DNA of 30,701 bases from Acutalibacteraceae bacterium (GTDB lineage Bacteria; Bacillota; Clostridia; Oscillospirales; Acutalibacteraceae): positions 1 through 30,701 of the forward strand of contig JAZRWX010000228.1 in assembly GCA_045599905.1 (NCBI GenBank), read 5' to 3'. Position 1 is the first letter of the stretch; each line of letters begins with the position of its first letter. Both the position numbers and the translations under genes were made by a program. Below are positions 1 through 9,201 of the stretch, piece after piece. The notes under the pieces were generated by a model. The model worked only from the letters and a program-made list of their open reading frames with translations. It was not told the DNA's origin and searched no databases.

Positions 1-732
1 CGTCTGCAAAAGCATCTGTCGGAGTGCGGTATCGCATCTCGCAGAAAAGCCGAGGAACTGATTGCGGCGGGGAAAGTTAAAATCAACGGGCATGTCGCGT
101 CCCTGGGTGATAAGGTCGACCCGAAACGCGATAAAGTCACGGTTCGGGGGAAAGCGGTCGTTGCCGTCCGTGAAAAGGTTTATATCATGCTGCATAAACC
201 GCGCGGATTTGTTACCACAGTCAACGATGAATTCAACCGTAAATGCGTAATGGATCTTGTAAAAGACGTCGGTGTCCGTGTTTTTCCGGTCGGTCGGCTG
301 GATATGGATTCCGAAGGACTTTTGTTTCTGACTAATGACGGCGAGTTTGCCAATCATCTGACCCATCCGTCAAGCCATGTCACAAAAACCTATCGGGTGA
401 CGGTCGACGGAGCGGTAGATGATGAAATGCTGGACAAACTGTGTACCGGTATCGTTCTGGACGGAAAGAAAACCTTGCCGTGCGATGTATTTGTGATCGA
501 ACGCCGTGAAACAAGAACGGTGCTTACGTTTATTATCAGTGAGGGACGGAACCGTCAGATCCGCAGGATGTGTGAAGCGGTCGGGTTAAAGGTTCTGCGC
601 CTAAAACGGATTGAGATCGCCGGTGTTAAAATGGGAATGCTGCCGCAGGGAAAATGGCGGCCGCTGAACGAACGGGAAATGACACGACTGAATGCTGTTT
701 CCGAAAGTAAAAGAAACGGGGAGAATATATGA
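1..732 (+). CDS. rluB: 23S rRNA pseudouridine synthase, RluB/RsuA family (5'-truncated by the window edge)
   Basis: Frame 1 is open from base 1: RLQKHLSECGIASRRKAEELIAAGKVKING (S4 domain), then YIMLHKPRG, the catalytic GRLDMDSEGLL, and GRNRQIRRM. The ORF track start at 187 is internal. Confidence 0.9.
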   Translation, partial: RLQKHLSECGIASRRKAEELIAAGKVKINGHVASLGDKVDPKRDKVTVRGKAVVAVREKVYIMLHKPRGFVTTVNDEFNRKCVMDLVKDVGVRVFPVGRLDMDSEGLLFLTNDGEFANHLTHPSSHVTKTYRVTVDGAVDDEMLDKLCTGIVLDGKKTLPCDVFVIERRETRTVLTFIISEGRNRQIRRMCEAVGLKVLRLKRIEIAGVKMGMLPQGKWRPLNEREMTRLNAVSESKRNGENI

Positions 733-1100
733 TTTCTGTTATACCGGTCGAAGATCGTGACCGTATTGCCGAACTATTTCAGCAAAACGGAATAGCGTTT
801 TGTGAAATTTCTTCGGCAGTTGAAGCATCGGACGGACATGAATCTTTGGGTTATTGTCTGTTTGATCTGTCACAGAAGGGAATACTGGTTCATACGCTTG
901 AACCGCGGGAGGATGCGTTTCTTGCCGACGGTATTCTGCGTTCGGCATTGCACGTAGCGGCCGAGCGTTCCGCCATGGATGCCCGGTATGCCACCACAGC
1001 ACCCGAACAGTTATTAAAGAATCTCGGCTTCGTCCAGGAGGGAAAAGAGGGTGTGCTTGATATTGATTTACTGTTCCGCGGTTGTTGCTGTGAAAAATAA
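729..1100 (+). CDS. Hypothetical protein, 123 aa, possibly a degenerate GNAT-like fold
   Basis: ATGA overlap with the rluB stop and a GGGAG RBS upstream. No family recognised with confidence. Confidence 0.7.
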   Translation: MISVIPVEDRDRIAELFQQNGIAFCEISSAVEASDGHESLGYCLFDLSQKGILVHTLEPREDAFLADGILRSALHVAAERSAMDARYATTAPEQLLKNLGFVQEGKEGVLDIDLLFRGCCCEK

Positions 1101-1123
1101 TTTTCTGTTTTTGAAAAAAAGTG

Positions 1124-1152
1124 TTGCAAAATGGTAAATTATATGATATTAT
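1124..1152 (+). promoter_or_regulatory. sigmaA-type promoter for secG
   Basis: TTGCAA (1124-1129), 17-bp spacer, TGnTATTAT (-10 at 1147-1152). Confidence 0.6.
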
Positions 1153-1215
1153 AATTTAGCTTATGAATTTTAGGCGTTGTTTTTGTACGCCTTTATTAAA
1201 TCGGAGGTTTCGTTT

Positions 1216-1467
1216 ATGCAGTGGTATCATTATCTTTTAGGTGCATTTGTTATTTTGGTTTCGTTGTTCATCATCGCTGTCATTTTGTTGCAGCAGGGTC
1301 ATCGTTCCGGTATCAACGGTGCGATTTCCGGCGGTGCTGACACGTTCCTTTCCAAAACAAAGGCACGTACTTGGGACGCAAAGTTGGCTCGTTTCACCAA
1401 GTATATTGCCATCGCTTTCTTTGCATTGGCTTTGCTGGCTAATATTTTAACCATTTATTTGAAGTAA
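1216..1467 (+). CDS. secG: Preprotein translocase subunit SecG
   Basis: 83 aa with two hydrophobic helices and the motif ILLQQGHRSGINGAISGGADTFL. GGAGG RBS at 1203-1207 places the ATG at 1216. Confidence 0.92.
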   Translation: MQWYHYLLGAFVILVSLFIIAVILLQQGHRSGINGAISGGADTFLSKTKARTWDAKLARFTKYIAIAFFALALLANILTIYLK

Positions 1468-1473
1468 GTTTTT

Positions 1474-1498
1474 AAGCACGGCTTTGCCGTGCTTTTTT
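1474..1498 (+). terminator. Intrinsic terminator of secG
   Basis: AAGCACGGC-TTT-GCCGTGCTT followed by a T run. Confidence 0.85.
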
Positions 1499-1500
1499 CT

Positions 1501-1542
1501 ATTATTACCCCTTTGTCCGTGCAAAGGGGTAATAATTTTTTT
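1501..1542 (+). terminator. Second terminator-like hairpin with a perfect 15-bp stem
   Basis: ATTATTACCCCTTTG (1501-1515), loop TCCGTG, CAAAGGGGTAATAAT (1522-1536), then TTTTTT. Confidence 0.65.
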
Positions 1543-1617
1543 CGAATTGTCCTTTATTTTGGACATAAAAAGGTATATAATCTAAATTAGAAATTAGAAA
1601 TTAAGGGATGTGATTTT

Positions 1618-4600
1618 GTGCTGCATTTTATTTACGGAAGATCCGCTTCCGGCAAGACATATACCTTGATGGAAACAATGAAGAAATCCATTGAATCCGG
1701 CAGAAAGGTTATTATTCTCGTACCCGAGCAATTTTCTTTCGACACGGAAAAATCCATTCTGCATCAATTTGGCGACCACGTCGCTGCTGACGTAACGGTG
1801 TTGAGCTTTACCCGCATTTGCGATGAAGTTGAGCGTCTGGTTGGCGGCGGTTGTGATAAAATGCTGACAGAAGCCGGTAAACATATTTTATTGAACCGTG
1901 CTTTACAGCATACCGCCGGTGATTTGAAAATCTGGGGTCGTCAGGCAAGGCTGCCCGGATTTTGTGAAATTCTTTTGGACAGTATCGAAGAATTCAAAAC
2001 CGAGGGCATTACCCCGGAAATCCTGCGAAACGCCGCGGTGTCTTCCGACCGTCCGCGTCTTGCGGCGAAGCTGAATGATACCGCACTGATCTACGAATAT
2101 TACAACAGTTTGATCGAGCAGTATTTTATCGATCCTTCTGATCGATTGGAAAAGGTTTATGATAAACTTGAAAGCTGTAAGTATTTTGAAGATAAAATCG
2201 TTCTGATCGACTCTTTTAAAGGTTTTACGGGACAGCAATTCCGCATTATGGAAAGAATTATTACCCAGGCCGATGAAGTACATATCGCATTGACGCTTGA
2301 CCCGGATATTAAGAAACCGTATGATATTTTTGAAAACGTACGTAAGACCGCCCGGCGTCTGAAAAGTATTGCCGCATCGCATCATGTTTCTGTTACGGAA
2401 GAAAAAACGGTCAAAGATTTTTTGAAAATTCCGGACGACCTTAAAGCTGTTGAACAGATTTTATCGGACTCTGCTCAGGAAATCGTTGCTGACGGAAATC
2501 ATGTTACGGTCTGTTGTGCTGAAACGGTCTTTGATGAGGCGGATTACGCTGCGCGTACGATCCGCCGCCTGGTGCGTGAAGAAGGATACCGCTATCGTGA
2601 CTTTGTTATAATTGCCCGTAACACCGTTCCTTACGAAGAGGCGGTTGCTATTGCCTGCGAAAAAAACGATATCAGCTGTTTTATCGACCGGCGGATGCCG
2701 TTATCGGATTTCCCACCCGCTGTCGCAATGCTTTCGGTGATCGGTACCATTAAACGTTTTACAACCGAATCAGTTTTCCGTTTCAGTAAATCCGGCATCG
2801 GCATTTTCACAACAGAAGAACTGTCACTTTTAGAAAACTATTGCCGACTTTGGAATATTGATGGTAAAGACTGGCTGAAAGAATGGGATATGAATCCCAA
2901 AGGTCTGCAAGCTGAAAATAGCCCCGTTGATATTGAAAAACTGAATGCTATTAACGAATTACGTACGCGAGTTATCCTGCCGTTAAATCAATTCCGCAGT
3001 TCTTTCAGCGGTACCGCCGCTCAACGCGGAACTGCCGTTATGCAGTTGTTTGACGATGTTCACGCGGCCGTGTCTTTTGCGAAATTGCGCTGTTTCTTTG
3101 ATGAAAAAGGTCAGTATGCCAACGCGGACGCACTGCGCCAGTCCTTTGATCAGGTTGTCAATATTTTAGACGATCTTGCCGAGTGTTTCGGTCAGGACAC
3201 ACCTGATACAGACGAATACTGCAAAGCGCTGAATACAGCGGTTACGGCAACAACAGTCGGTATCGCTCCGCAGACATTGGACGAGGTATCGTTCGGTGCG
3301 GCAGACCGAATCCGTCCTTCCAGACCGAAAATCGCTTTCATTCTCGGCTGCAACCAAGGGGTATTTCCGCAGAACACTTCGGTCAGCGGTTTGTTCGGCA
3401 TAACCGAACGCTCCGATATGATCGATCTGGGACTGAATATTACCGACAAAACGGTATCCGACTCGATCGATGAAAATTATCTCGTGTATTCAAATCTCTG
3501 TTGTGCGACCGATCGCTTATATCTCTCTTATGCAAAACGAAATGCTGAACAGGAAGAAATGGAACCGTCCGCGTTTTTTGAACTGATACGTTCAAAAATT
3601 AACTGTAAATACGTTTTTGAACCACAGACAGAATTGGATGCGGATTGTTTGCCGGAAACGGCTGATACGGCATTTTCAGCTGCCTGCGGTTGTTTTGAGA
3701 CTGATCCCTACAGTGCTTCGGCAATTTTTGACGCGATTGGGGATGACAATTATGCCCTGCGTGCCGAAAAAATCAAAAATGCCGCCGAACAAAAAGTCTT
3801 TTCCATATCGCCCAGGACAGCCGAAAAACTGTACGGAACCAATATGCGGATTTCACCGTCATCAATTGATGTCTATCACAGTTGTAAATTCCGCTATTTC
3901 TGCCGTTACGGTTTACGCGCTCAAAAATTACAGCCGGCTGTTTTTGACCAAATGCAGCGCGGTACCATGATCCATTATATTTTACAGCGTGTTGTTGAGA
4001 TCCACGGCGATCAAATCGGTTTTATCGACGATGAAACCGTGTACCGGACCGTGGACGATTGCGTGCGTGAATATCTAGGAAAAATACCGGGATTTTCCAA
4101 TGCCTGCCCGCCGCACATTCAGGTTATGGTCGATAATATGACGCGTTGTTCCAAGGAAGTGGTCATACAACTGCGTAATGAATTTGCACAGTCTGATTTC
4201 AAACCGTCCGCCTGTGAACTGAAATTCGGTCTTGAAGGCAGAGAACCCATTCGCATTCCGTATGATAAAGGGCAGATTCTGTTGCGTGGATCGATTGATC
4301 GCGTCGATACATGGAACGGTTATGTGCGTATTGTCGATTATAAAACCGGTGGAAAAGAATTCAAATTACCGGACGTACTGGTAGGCCATAATTTGCAGAT
4401 GCTTCTGTATCTGTATGCAATTACAAGACATACGGATTACACAGATAGCCGCAGTGCCGGCATTTTCTATCTGCCGGCGAAACGGAAGTATGAAAATCTC
4501 ACCTTGCCGATGGACGGATTGATGTGTGACGATCAGGAACTGATACACGCCATGGAAAAAGATAACGCCGGTCAATTTATTCCAGAGTATAAATTGAAAA

Positions 4601-4890
4601 AAGACGGTGAATTGTATGCTAATTCGGCATCGCATTTTGTCGGTGAAGAGGATTTTGATGTTATTTTCGATTATATCGAACAAATTATGCAGGATATGGG
4701 AAACGGAATTCTGTCCGGTGATATTGCGGTCGATCCCGTTGACGGGTTAAAGACAAAAGCTTGCGATTATTGCGATTTTGTGGCTGTTTGCAATATCGGC
4801 GACCGTCCGCATAAACACGCCGAAGATTATACGAACGCTCAGGTTATTGAGGAAATCGTGCGGAAGGAGGATTCAGACAATGGGGAATGA
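1618..4890 (+). CDS. addB: ATP-dependent helicase/nuclease subunit B (AddB/RexB)
   Basis: GTG start. N-terminal GRSASGKT and LVPEQFSF, C-terminal RecB-type nuclease GSIDRVD...IVDYKTG, Fe-S cysteines SCKFRYFC and CDYCDFVAVC. Overlaps addA. Confidence 0.93.
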   Translation: MLHFIYGRSASGKTYTLMETMKKSIESGRKVIILVPEQFSFDTEKSILHQFGDHVAADVTVLSFTRICDEVERLVGGGCDKMLTEAGKHILLNRALQHTAGDLKIWGRQARLPGFCEILLDSIEEFKTEGITPEILRNAAVSSDRPRLAAKLNDTALIYEYYNSLIEQYFIDPSDRLEKVYDKLESCKYFEDKIVLIDSFKGFTGQQFRIMERIITQADEVHIALTLDPDIKKPYDIFENVRKTARRLKSIAASHHVSVTEEKTVKDFLKIPDDLKAVEQILSDSAQEIVADGNHVTVCCAETVFDEADYAARTIRRLVREEGYRYRDFVIIARNTVPYEEAVAIACEKNDISCFIDRRMPLSDFPPAVAMLSVIGTIKRFTTESVFRFSKSGIGIFTTEELSLLENYCRLWNIDGKDWLKEWDMNPKGLQAENSPVDIEKLNAINELRTRVILPLNQFRSSFSGTAAQRGTAVMQLFDDVHAAVSFAKLRCFFDEKGQYANADALRQSFDQVVNILDDLAECFGQDTPDTDEYCKALNTAVTATTVGIAPQTLDEVSFGAADRIRPSRPKIAFILGCNQGVFPQNTSVSGLFGITERSDMIDLGLNITDKTVSDSIDENYLVYSNLCCATDRLYLSYAKRNAEQEEMEPSAFFELIRSKINCKYVFEPQTELDADCLPETADTAFSAACGCFETDPYSASAIFDAIGDDNYALRAEKIKNAAEQKVFSISPRTAEKLYGTNMRISPSSIDVYHSCKFRYFCRYGLRAQKLQPAVFDQMQRGTMIHYILQRVVEIHGDQIGFIDDETVYRTVDDCVREYLGKIPGFSNACPPHIQVMVDNMTRCSKEVVIQLRNEFAQSDFKPSACELKFGLEGREPIRIPYDKGQILLRGSIDRVDTWNGYVRIVDYKTGGKEFKLPDVLVGHNLQMLLYLYAITRHTDYTDSRSAGIFYLPAKRKYENLTLPMDGLMCDDQELIHAMEKDNAGQFIPEYKLKKDGELYANSASHFVGEEDFDVIFDYIEQIMQDMGNGILSGDIAVDPVDGLKTKACDYCDFVAVCNIGDRPHKHAEDYTNAQVIEEIVRKEDSDNGE

Positions 4891-7800
4891 GTGGACAAAA
4901 GCTCAGGAAAAAGCCATTCACGCAAAAGGAAACGTTATTGTCAGCGCGGCCGCCGGTTCAGGTAAGACGGCTGTTCTGACCGAACGCGTATTTTCATTAC
5001 TTTCCGATCCGGATCATCCGATTTCCGCTGACCGGTTGCTGGTCGTTACTTTTACAAATGCCGCCGCAACGGAAATGCGTACAAGGATCGAAAAACGATT
5101 GGAGGAAGAATGCGCAAAGAATACCGAAAATCATAATGCGCTGATGTACCAGAAACATTTGATTTCCTCGGCAAAAATCTGCACGATCGATTCTTTTTGT
5201 ATTGATCTGATCCGTGAGAATTTTGAGATTGCGAATGTCAGCCCGACTTTCAAAATTGAGGATGAAAACGCCTTACTGCCGATTTATCAGGCAGTATTTG
5301 ATCAATTATTGAATGAACGCCTTTCGGAAAACGATCCCGATTTCCGTGATCTGCTTGACATTGTCGGATGTGAATACGGATTTGACGATTTCCGCAAACG
5401 GGTTATGGAACTGTTTACATACAGCCGTCAGATCCCGTTCCCGGACCGTTATCTGGAACGGTTGAATTATCCGTATTCCATACCGTTTGACCGCGATCAT
5501 CCGTGGTGTTCTTTGGCGTTCGACTGCGCCCATACGCTGATCAACGATCTGCAAAAAAGTATTTCAGCTGCATTGGATCAAGTCGAAAATATTGAAAACG
5601 GCGAAAAGTACAATGATATTTTGACAATGCTTGCCGACGTACTGTTTTCATTGCGTGAAGCCGCTGAAAAACGTGATTGGAACGGTATGCGTGATTTATT
5701 GCTGCTGAAACCGAACATCAGACTTCCCGGGTTTACCGGATCGACCAATGCTATTTATAATGTTTTCAAAGAACCGATCACAGCGGTCAAAGATGCTTTT
5801 TCAACACTTGAAACCACTTTTGAATTAAGTGCAGAAGATATTGAACGCCAAATCAAACGGTTGAGCCGTCCGATCGCTTGTTTGGTTGAATTTGCGCGTG
5901 ATTTTGCCGATCGCACTTTCAAAATGCAGTGTGAAGAAAATCTGTTTACTTTTTACAACACAGAACAGATGGCACTGAATATGCTGTGCCGTCCCGGTGA
6001 AAAGGGAATTGAATTGTTACCGATCACCCAAGTGTTTTTTGATCGGTATGACGCGGTATTGGTTGATGAATATCAGGATGTTAACGATTTGCAGGATATG
6101 CTGTTCCGTATTCTTTCCGATCAGGAAAAGCACCTGTTTGTCGTCGGTGATATCAAGCAAAGTATCTATGCGTTCCGCGGATCAAATCCGGAAATTTTTC
6201 TTGAGCGAAAAAATAAAGCAGTCAATGTCGAAATCGCTGATGATAATTCACTGAAAAAGATTTATCTTACTAAAAATTTCCGAAGTCGCCGTAGAATCTG
6301 TGATTTTGTAAATTTCTTTTTCCGTCAGATCATGACGGAACAGACCGGAAAACTGCAATATGATCAGGATGAAGAATTGGTTTACGGTGCTGAATTTCCG
6401 CCGAATGATGCGCCTGCAACTGAACTTTTGTTTTTGAATGACGCGCCGAAAAATAACGCAGACATTATTGCCGCGGAAGGCAAGCGCATTGCGGATTATA
6501 TTCACAGTGTTATGAATGAAAAACCGTTTTTGAAAGACGGAAACGGTCTTCGTCAGGCAAAGTTCTCGGATTTTGTGATCCTGTTGCGTTCTGTCAGCGG
6601 AAATGATTTTCTTCTGACGGAAGAATTACGCCGTCACGGCATACCGGTTGAACACAGTCCCGATGCGTATTTGTCAACTGTCGAAGTTACTACCGTTTTA
6701 TCATTGTTGAGGATCATCGATAATCCGGATAACGACATTGAACTGCTGACAGTTCTTTTGTCGCCAATATTCGGTTTTTCCGCTGATGAATTGGCGGAAT
6801 GCCGTGCGGCCTGCAAAAACGCTTCGCTGATTTCCGCGATCGCTTTTTCAGCCGAAAACGGGAACGAACACGCAGCGGACTTTCTGACAAAACTTGATGA
6901 ATTCCGACGGGAATCCGCTGTATTGTCCCTGCCGAAATTCTTGATCAGGTTATTACTGATTACTGATTATCTGAATATTGTTTCCGCGATGAGCAACGGT
7001 AATAGCCGCCGACTGAATTTGCAGTTATTAATCACCTACGCTTCGACCTATCATGAACGTTCATCCGGCGGGATCGACGGTTTTCTGAACTACATTGAAA
7101 AACTGCCCCAAGGAACGCTTTCCGCCGCGAAAATCGGCGGCGGTTCGGATGTTGTCCGGATCACCAGTATGCACAAATCCAAAGGTTTACAGTTTCCGAT
7201 ATGCATTTTGGCACATTTGAACGATTCTTTCTTTAACAAGGATACACGCCATAATATGCTGTATGATGATGAGATCGGTATCGGTTTCAAATATTTTGAA
7301 GAAAGCGCATCAAAACGTATTAAAACTGTGGCTTTTGATTTGCTGGAACGCAAAAACAGACAACAACGTTCCGAAGAAGAACTTCGCGTTTTGTACGTTG
7401 CGATGACACGTGCCGAAGAACGTCTTGCTTTGGTGATGCCGTTCGGTGATTTGTACAAAAACGTCTGCAATTGTGCGTGTAATCTTTTACTCAATCAGGG
7501 CAGGGTGGATCACCGTTTCTTTGCCGCCGCATCCTCAATGCGGGACTGGATTCTAATGGCCGTTTTACAGCATCCGGACGCCGTAAATCTGCGTGACGGA
7601 CTTGATTTCCGTCTGCCGACACTTCCGACCGAAAGCCGTTTGACCGTTGATATATCTGATGCGGATATTGTGGAAAATACTTATGAGGAGAATGACACAT
7701 CCGCACCGATCGCCGCTCCGCCGGATCCGGCACTTATAAAGCAGTTGAAAAGTAATCTGTCATATGTTTATCCATACGGCCCGTTGCGCGAGATTGAGGC

Positions 7801-8398
7801 AAAAAGCACCGTATCGTTACTGGCCAACCATGCTGAACGCGAGCGCTTCGAGTTTTCGGCAAAACCGTCGTTTATGTTGGAAAGCGGGATCAGCGCCGCA
7901 AGACGCGGTACAGCGACTCACCATGTCATGCAGTTTATGCGTTTTACGGAACATCCCGACGTGGATGCAGAACTGGAACGTCTGGTCGAATGGGCTTATA
8001 TTACGGAAAGCGAAGCAAAAGCAATTGACCGAACTGCTGTTAAAAAATTCTTTGAAAGTTCTTTATATGCCCGTATACTAAAAGCGGATTCGGTACATCG
8101 TGAAATGCGATTTTTAACTGAATTACCCGCAGAACGGATCGATCCGTCGCTGCCGGCGGAGTTGAAGGACGAAAAGATCGTTGTTCAGGGCGCCGTGGAC
8201 CTTTGCATTATTGAAAACGGTTTTCCGATCGTGATTGATTTCAAGACCGACCGTGTGAATACGCCCGAAGAACTGATCGAAACCTATTCGGAGCAGTTGA
8301 ATATTTACAGCAGTGCCTGCAATAAAATATTCGAAAAACCGGTAAGGGAAAGAATAATTTATTCGTTTGCTCTCCACCGCGCGATCACCTTACCGTAA
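4880..8398 (+). CDS. addA: ATP-dependent helicase/nuclease subunit A (AddA/RexA)
   Basis: GGAGG RBS then ATG at 4880. Walker A SAAAGSGKT, VTFTNAAA, VDEYQD, VGDIKQSIYAFR, NFRS, SMHKSKGLQFP, YVAMTRA, nuclease QGAVD...IDFKT. Confidence 0.95.
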   Translation: MGNEWTKAQEKAIHAKGNVIVSAAAGSGKTAVLTERVFSLLSDPDHPISADRLLVVTFTNAAATEMRTRIEKRLEEECAKNTENHNALMYQKHLISSAKICTIDSFCIDLIRENFEIANVSPTFKIEDENALLPIYQAVFDQLLNERLSENDPDFRDLLDIVGCEYGFDDFRKRVMELFTYSRQIPFPDRYLERLNYPYSIPFDRDHPWCSLAFDCAHTLINDLQKSISAALDQVENIENGEKYNDILTMLADVLFSLREAAEKRDWNGMRDLLLLKPNIRLPGFTGSTNAIYNVFKEPITAVKDAFSTLETTFELSAEDIERQIKRLSRPIACLVEFARDFADRTFKMQCEENLFTFYNTEQMALNMLCRPGEKGIELLPITQVFFDRYDAVLVDEYQDVNDLQDMLFRILSDQEKHLFVVGDIKQSIYAFRGSNPEIFLERKNKAVNVEIADDNSLKKIYLTKNFRSRRRICDFVNFFFRQIMTEQTGKLQYDQDEELVYGAEFPPNDAPATELLFLNDAPKNNADIIAAEGKRIADYIHSVMNEKPFLKDGNGLRQAKFSDFVILLRSVSGNDFLLTEELRRHGIPVEHSPDAYLSTVEVTTVLSLLRIIDNPDNDIELLTVLLSPIFGFSADELAECRAACKNASLISAIAFSAENGNEHAADFLTKLDEFRRESAVLSLPKFLIRLLLITDYLNIVSAMSNGNSRRLNLQLLITYASTYHERSSGGIDGFLNYIEKLPQGTLSAAKIGGGSDVVRITSMHKSKGLQFPICILAHLNDSFFNKDTRHNMLYDDEIGIGFKYFEESASKRIKTVAFDLLERKNRQQRSEEELRVLYVAMTRAEERLALVMPFGDLYKNVCNCACNLLLNQGRVDHRFFAAASSMRDWILMAVLQHPDAVNLRDGLDFRLPTLPTESRLTVDISDADIVENTYEENDTSAPIAAPPDPALIKQLKSNLSYVYPYGPLREIEAKSTVSLLANHAERERFEFSAKPSFMLESGISAARRGTATHHVMQFMRFTEHPDVDAELERLVEWAYITESEAKAIDRTAVKKFFESSLYARILKADSVHREMRFLTELPAERIDPSLPAELKDEKIVVQGAVDLCIIENGFPIVIDFKTDRVNTPEELIETYSEQLNIYSSACNKIFEKPVRERIIYSFALHRAITLP

Positions 8399-8430
8399 AA
8401 ACACCGACCGGGATTCCGGTCGGTGTTTTT
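8397..8430. terminator. Bidirectional terminator between addA and the XRE gene
   Basis: AAAAACACCGACCGG-GATT-CCGGTCGGTGTTTTT, a perfect 15-bp stem between convergent stops. Confidence 0.88.
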
Positions 8431-8846
8431 CAGTTCTCATTTTGCAAATCCATTAAAAACTGTTCCAGTTTCTTTAATTGCTGCCTATTCAGTTTACGGA
8501 AAATGCGAATATAATTCCGTTCGTTATTTGTCAGTACAAGCGGCTTTGAAGTTAAAAACTGCGGACCGCTTGAATTCAGCGTAATCGGTTCAAAGGAACG
8601 CGGAGAATTACCGTGCAGATAGGTTTCCATCGGCATATCCGTTTCCTGCTCACCATACAGAATCTGAACCGGGGAAACATGGAAAAGTGCCGCTAATTTG
8701 GGCGCAAGATCCGGACTGATTTTTCCCTGCGCTTCCTGTCTTGCATAGGTACTGCGGTGAATACCGAGCGCTTCACTGACCTCGTTTTGTGTCAGACCGG
8801 CTTTGATTCGATATTGTTTGATTTGTTCGCCGATTTGCGATTTCAT
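8430..8846 (-). CDS. XRE-family helix-turn-helix transcriptional regulator
   Basis: N-terminal IGEQIKQYRIKAGLTQNEVSEALGIHRSTYAR...LAALFHVS (HTH_3 pattern). GAGG RBS upstream. Confidence 0.85.
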   Translation of the reverse strand: MKSQIGEQIKQYRIKAGLTQNEVSEALGIHRSTYARQEAQGKISPDLAPKLAALFHVSPVQILYGEQETDMPMETYLHGNSPRSFEPITLNSSGPQFLTSKPLVLTNNERNYIRIFRKLNRQQLKKLEQFLMDLQNEN

Positions 8847-8875
8847 AATTTGACCTCATTTTTTCAAAATAATGC

Positions 8876-8904
8876 TTGACTTAACGAGTTATAATTGGTA
8901 TAAT
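8876..8904 (+). promoter_or_regulatory. sigmaA promoter of the tRNA
   Basis: TTGACT (8876-8881), 17-bp spacer, TGnTATAAT (-10 at 8899-8904), 12 bp upstream of the tRNA. Confidence 0.85.
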
Positions 8905-8916
8905 CAATAAGTCCTC

Positions 8917-8992
8917 GCTGAAGTGGCTCAGTTGGTAGAGCAGCTGATTCGTAATCAGCAGATCGTGGGTTCGAGTCCCATCTTCAGCTCCA
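8917..8992 (+). tRNA. tRNA-Thr(CGT)
   Basis: 76-nt cloverleaf: acceptor GCTGAAG/CTTCAGC, D arm GCTCAGTTGGTAGAGC, anticodon arm CTGAT-TCGTAAT-CAG region with CGT at 8950-8952, GGTTCGAGTCC T arm, encoded CCA. Confidence 0.97.
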
Positions 8993-9028
8993 AAGTACCG
9001 AAAATCAAAATGATTTTCGGTACTTTTT
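8992..9028 (+). terminator. Terminator of the tRNA
   Basis: AAAGTACCGAAAATCA-AAA-TGATTTTCGGTACTTT followed by T's. Confidence 0.85.
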
Positions 9029-9201
9029 ATTATACAAAAACCGTCGAATTTTGTCAAGAATTTGTGCTATGACCTATTTTAGGCGGTTACAAAGTAAAAA
9101 AACGTCAAGTGATATTAATAAATTTTCCTCTGTAACCGCTCGATACATTTTCAGTATATGAGTGACCTGCGATGAATAAAATGAATCGTGGGGGGATTTT
9201 G

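Noticed and set aside
1540-1617. LexA (GAAC-N4-GTTC) boxes upstream of addB (also checked upstream of radA and xer)
   Set aside because: No matching site was found by eye.
8917-9060. tRNA-Thr as the integration site of a genomic island
   Set aside because: No duplicated tRNA 3' end was seen by eye, no adjacent integrase, and the flanks are core genes with no visible compositional shift.
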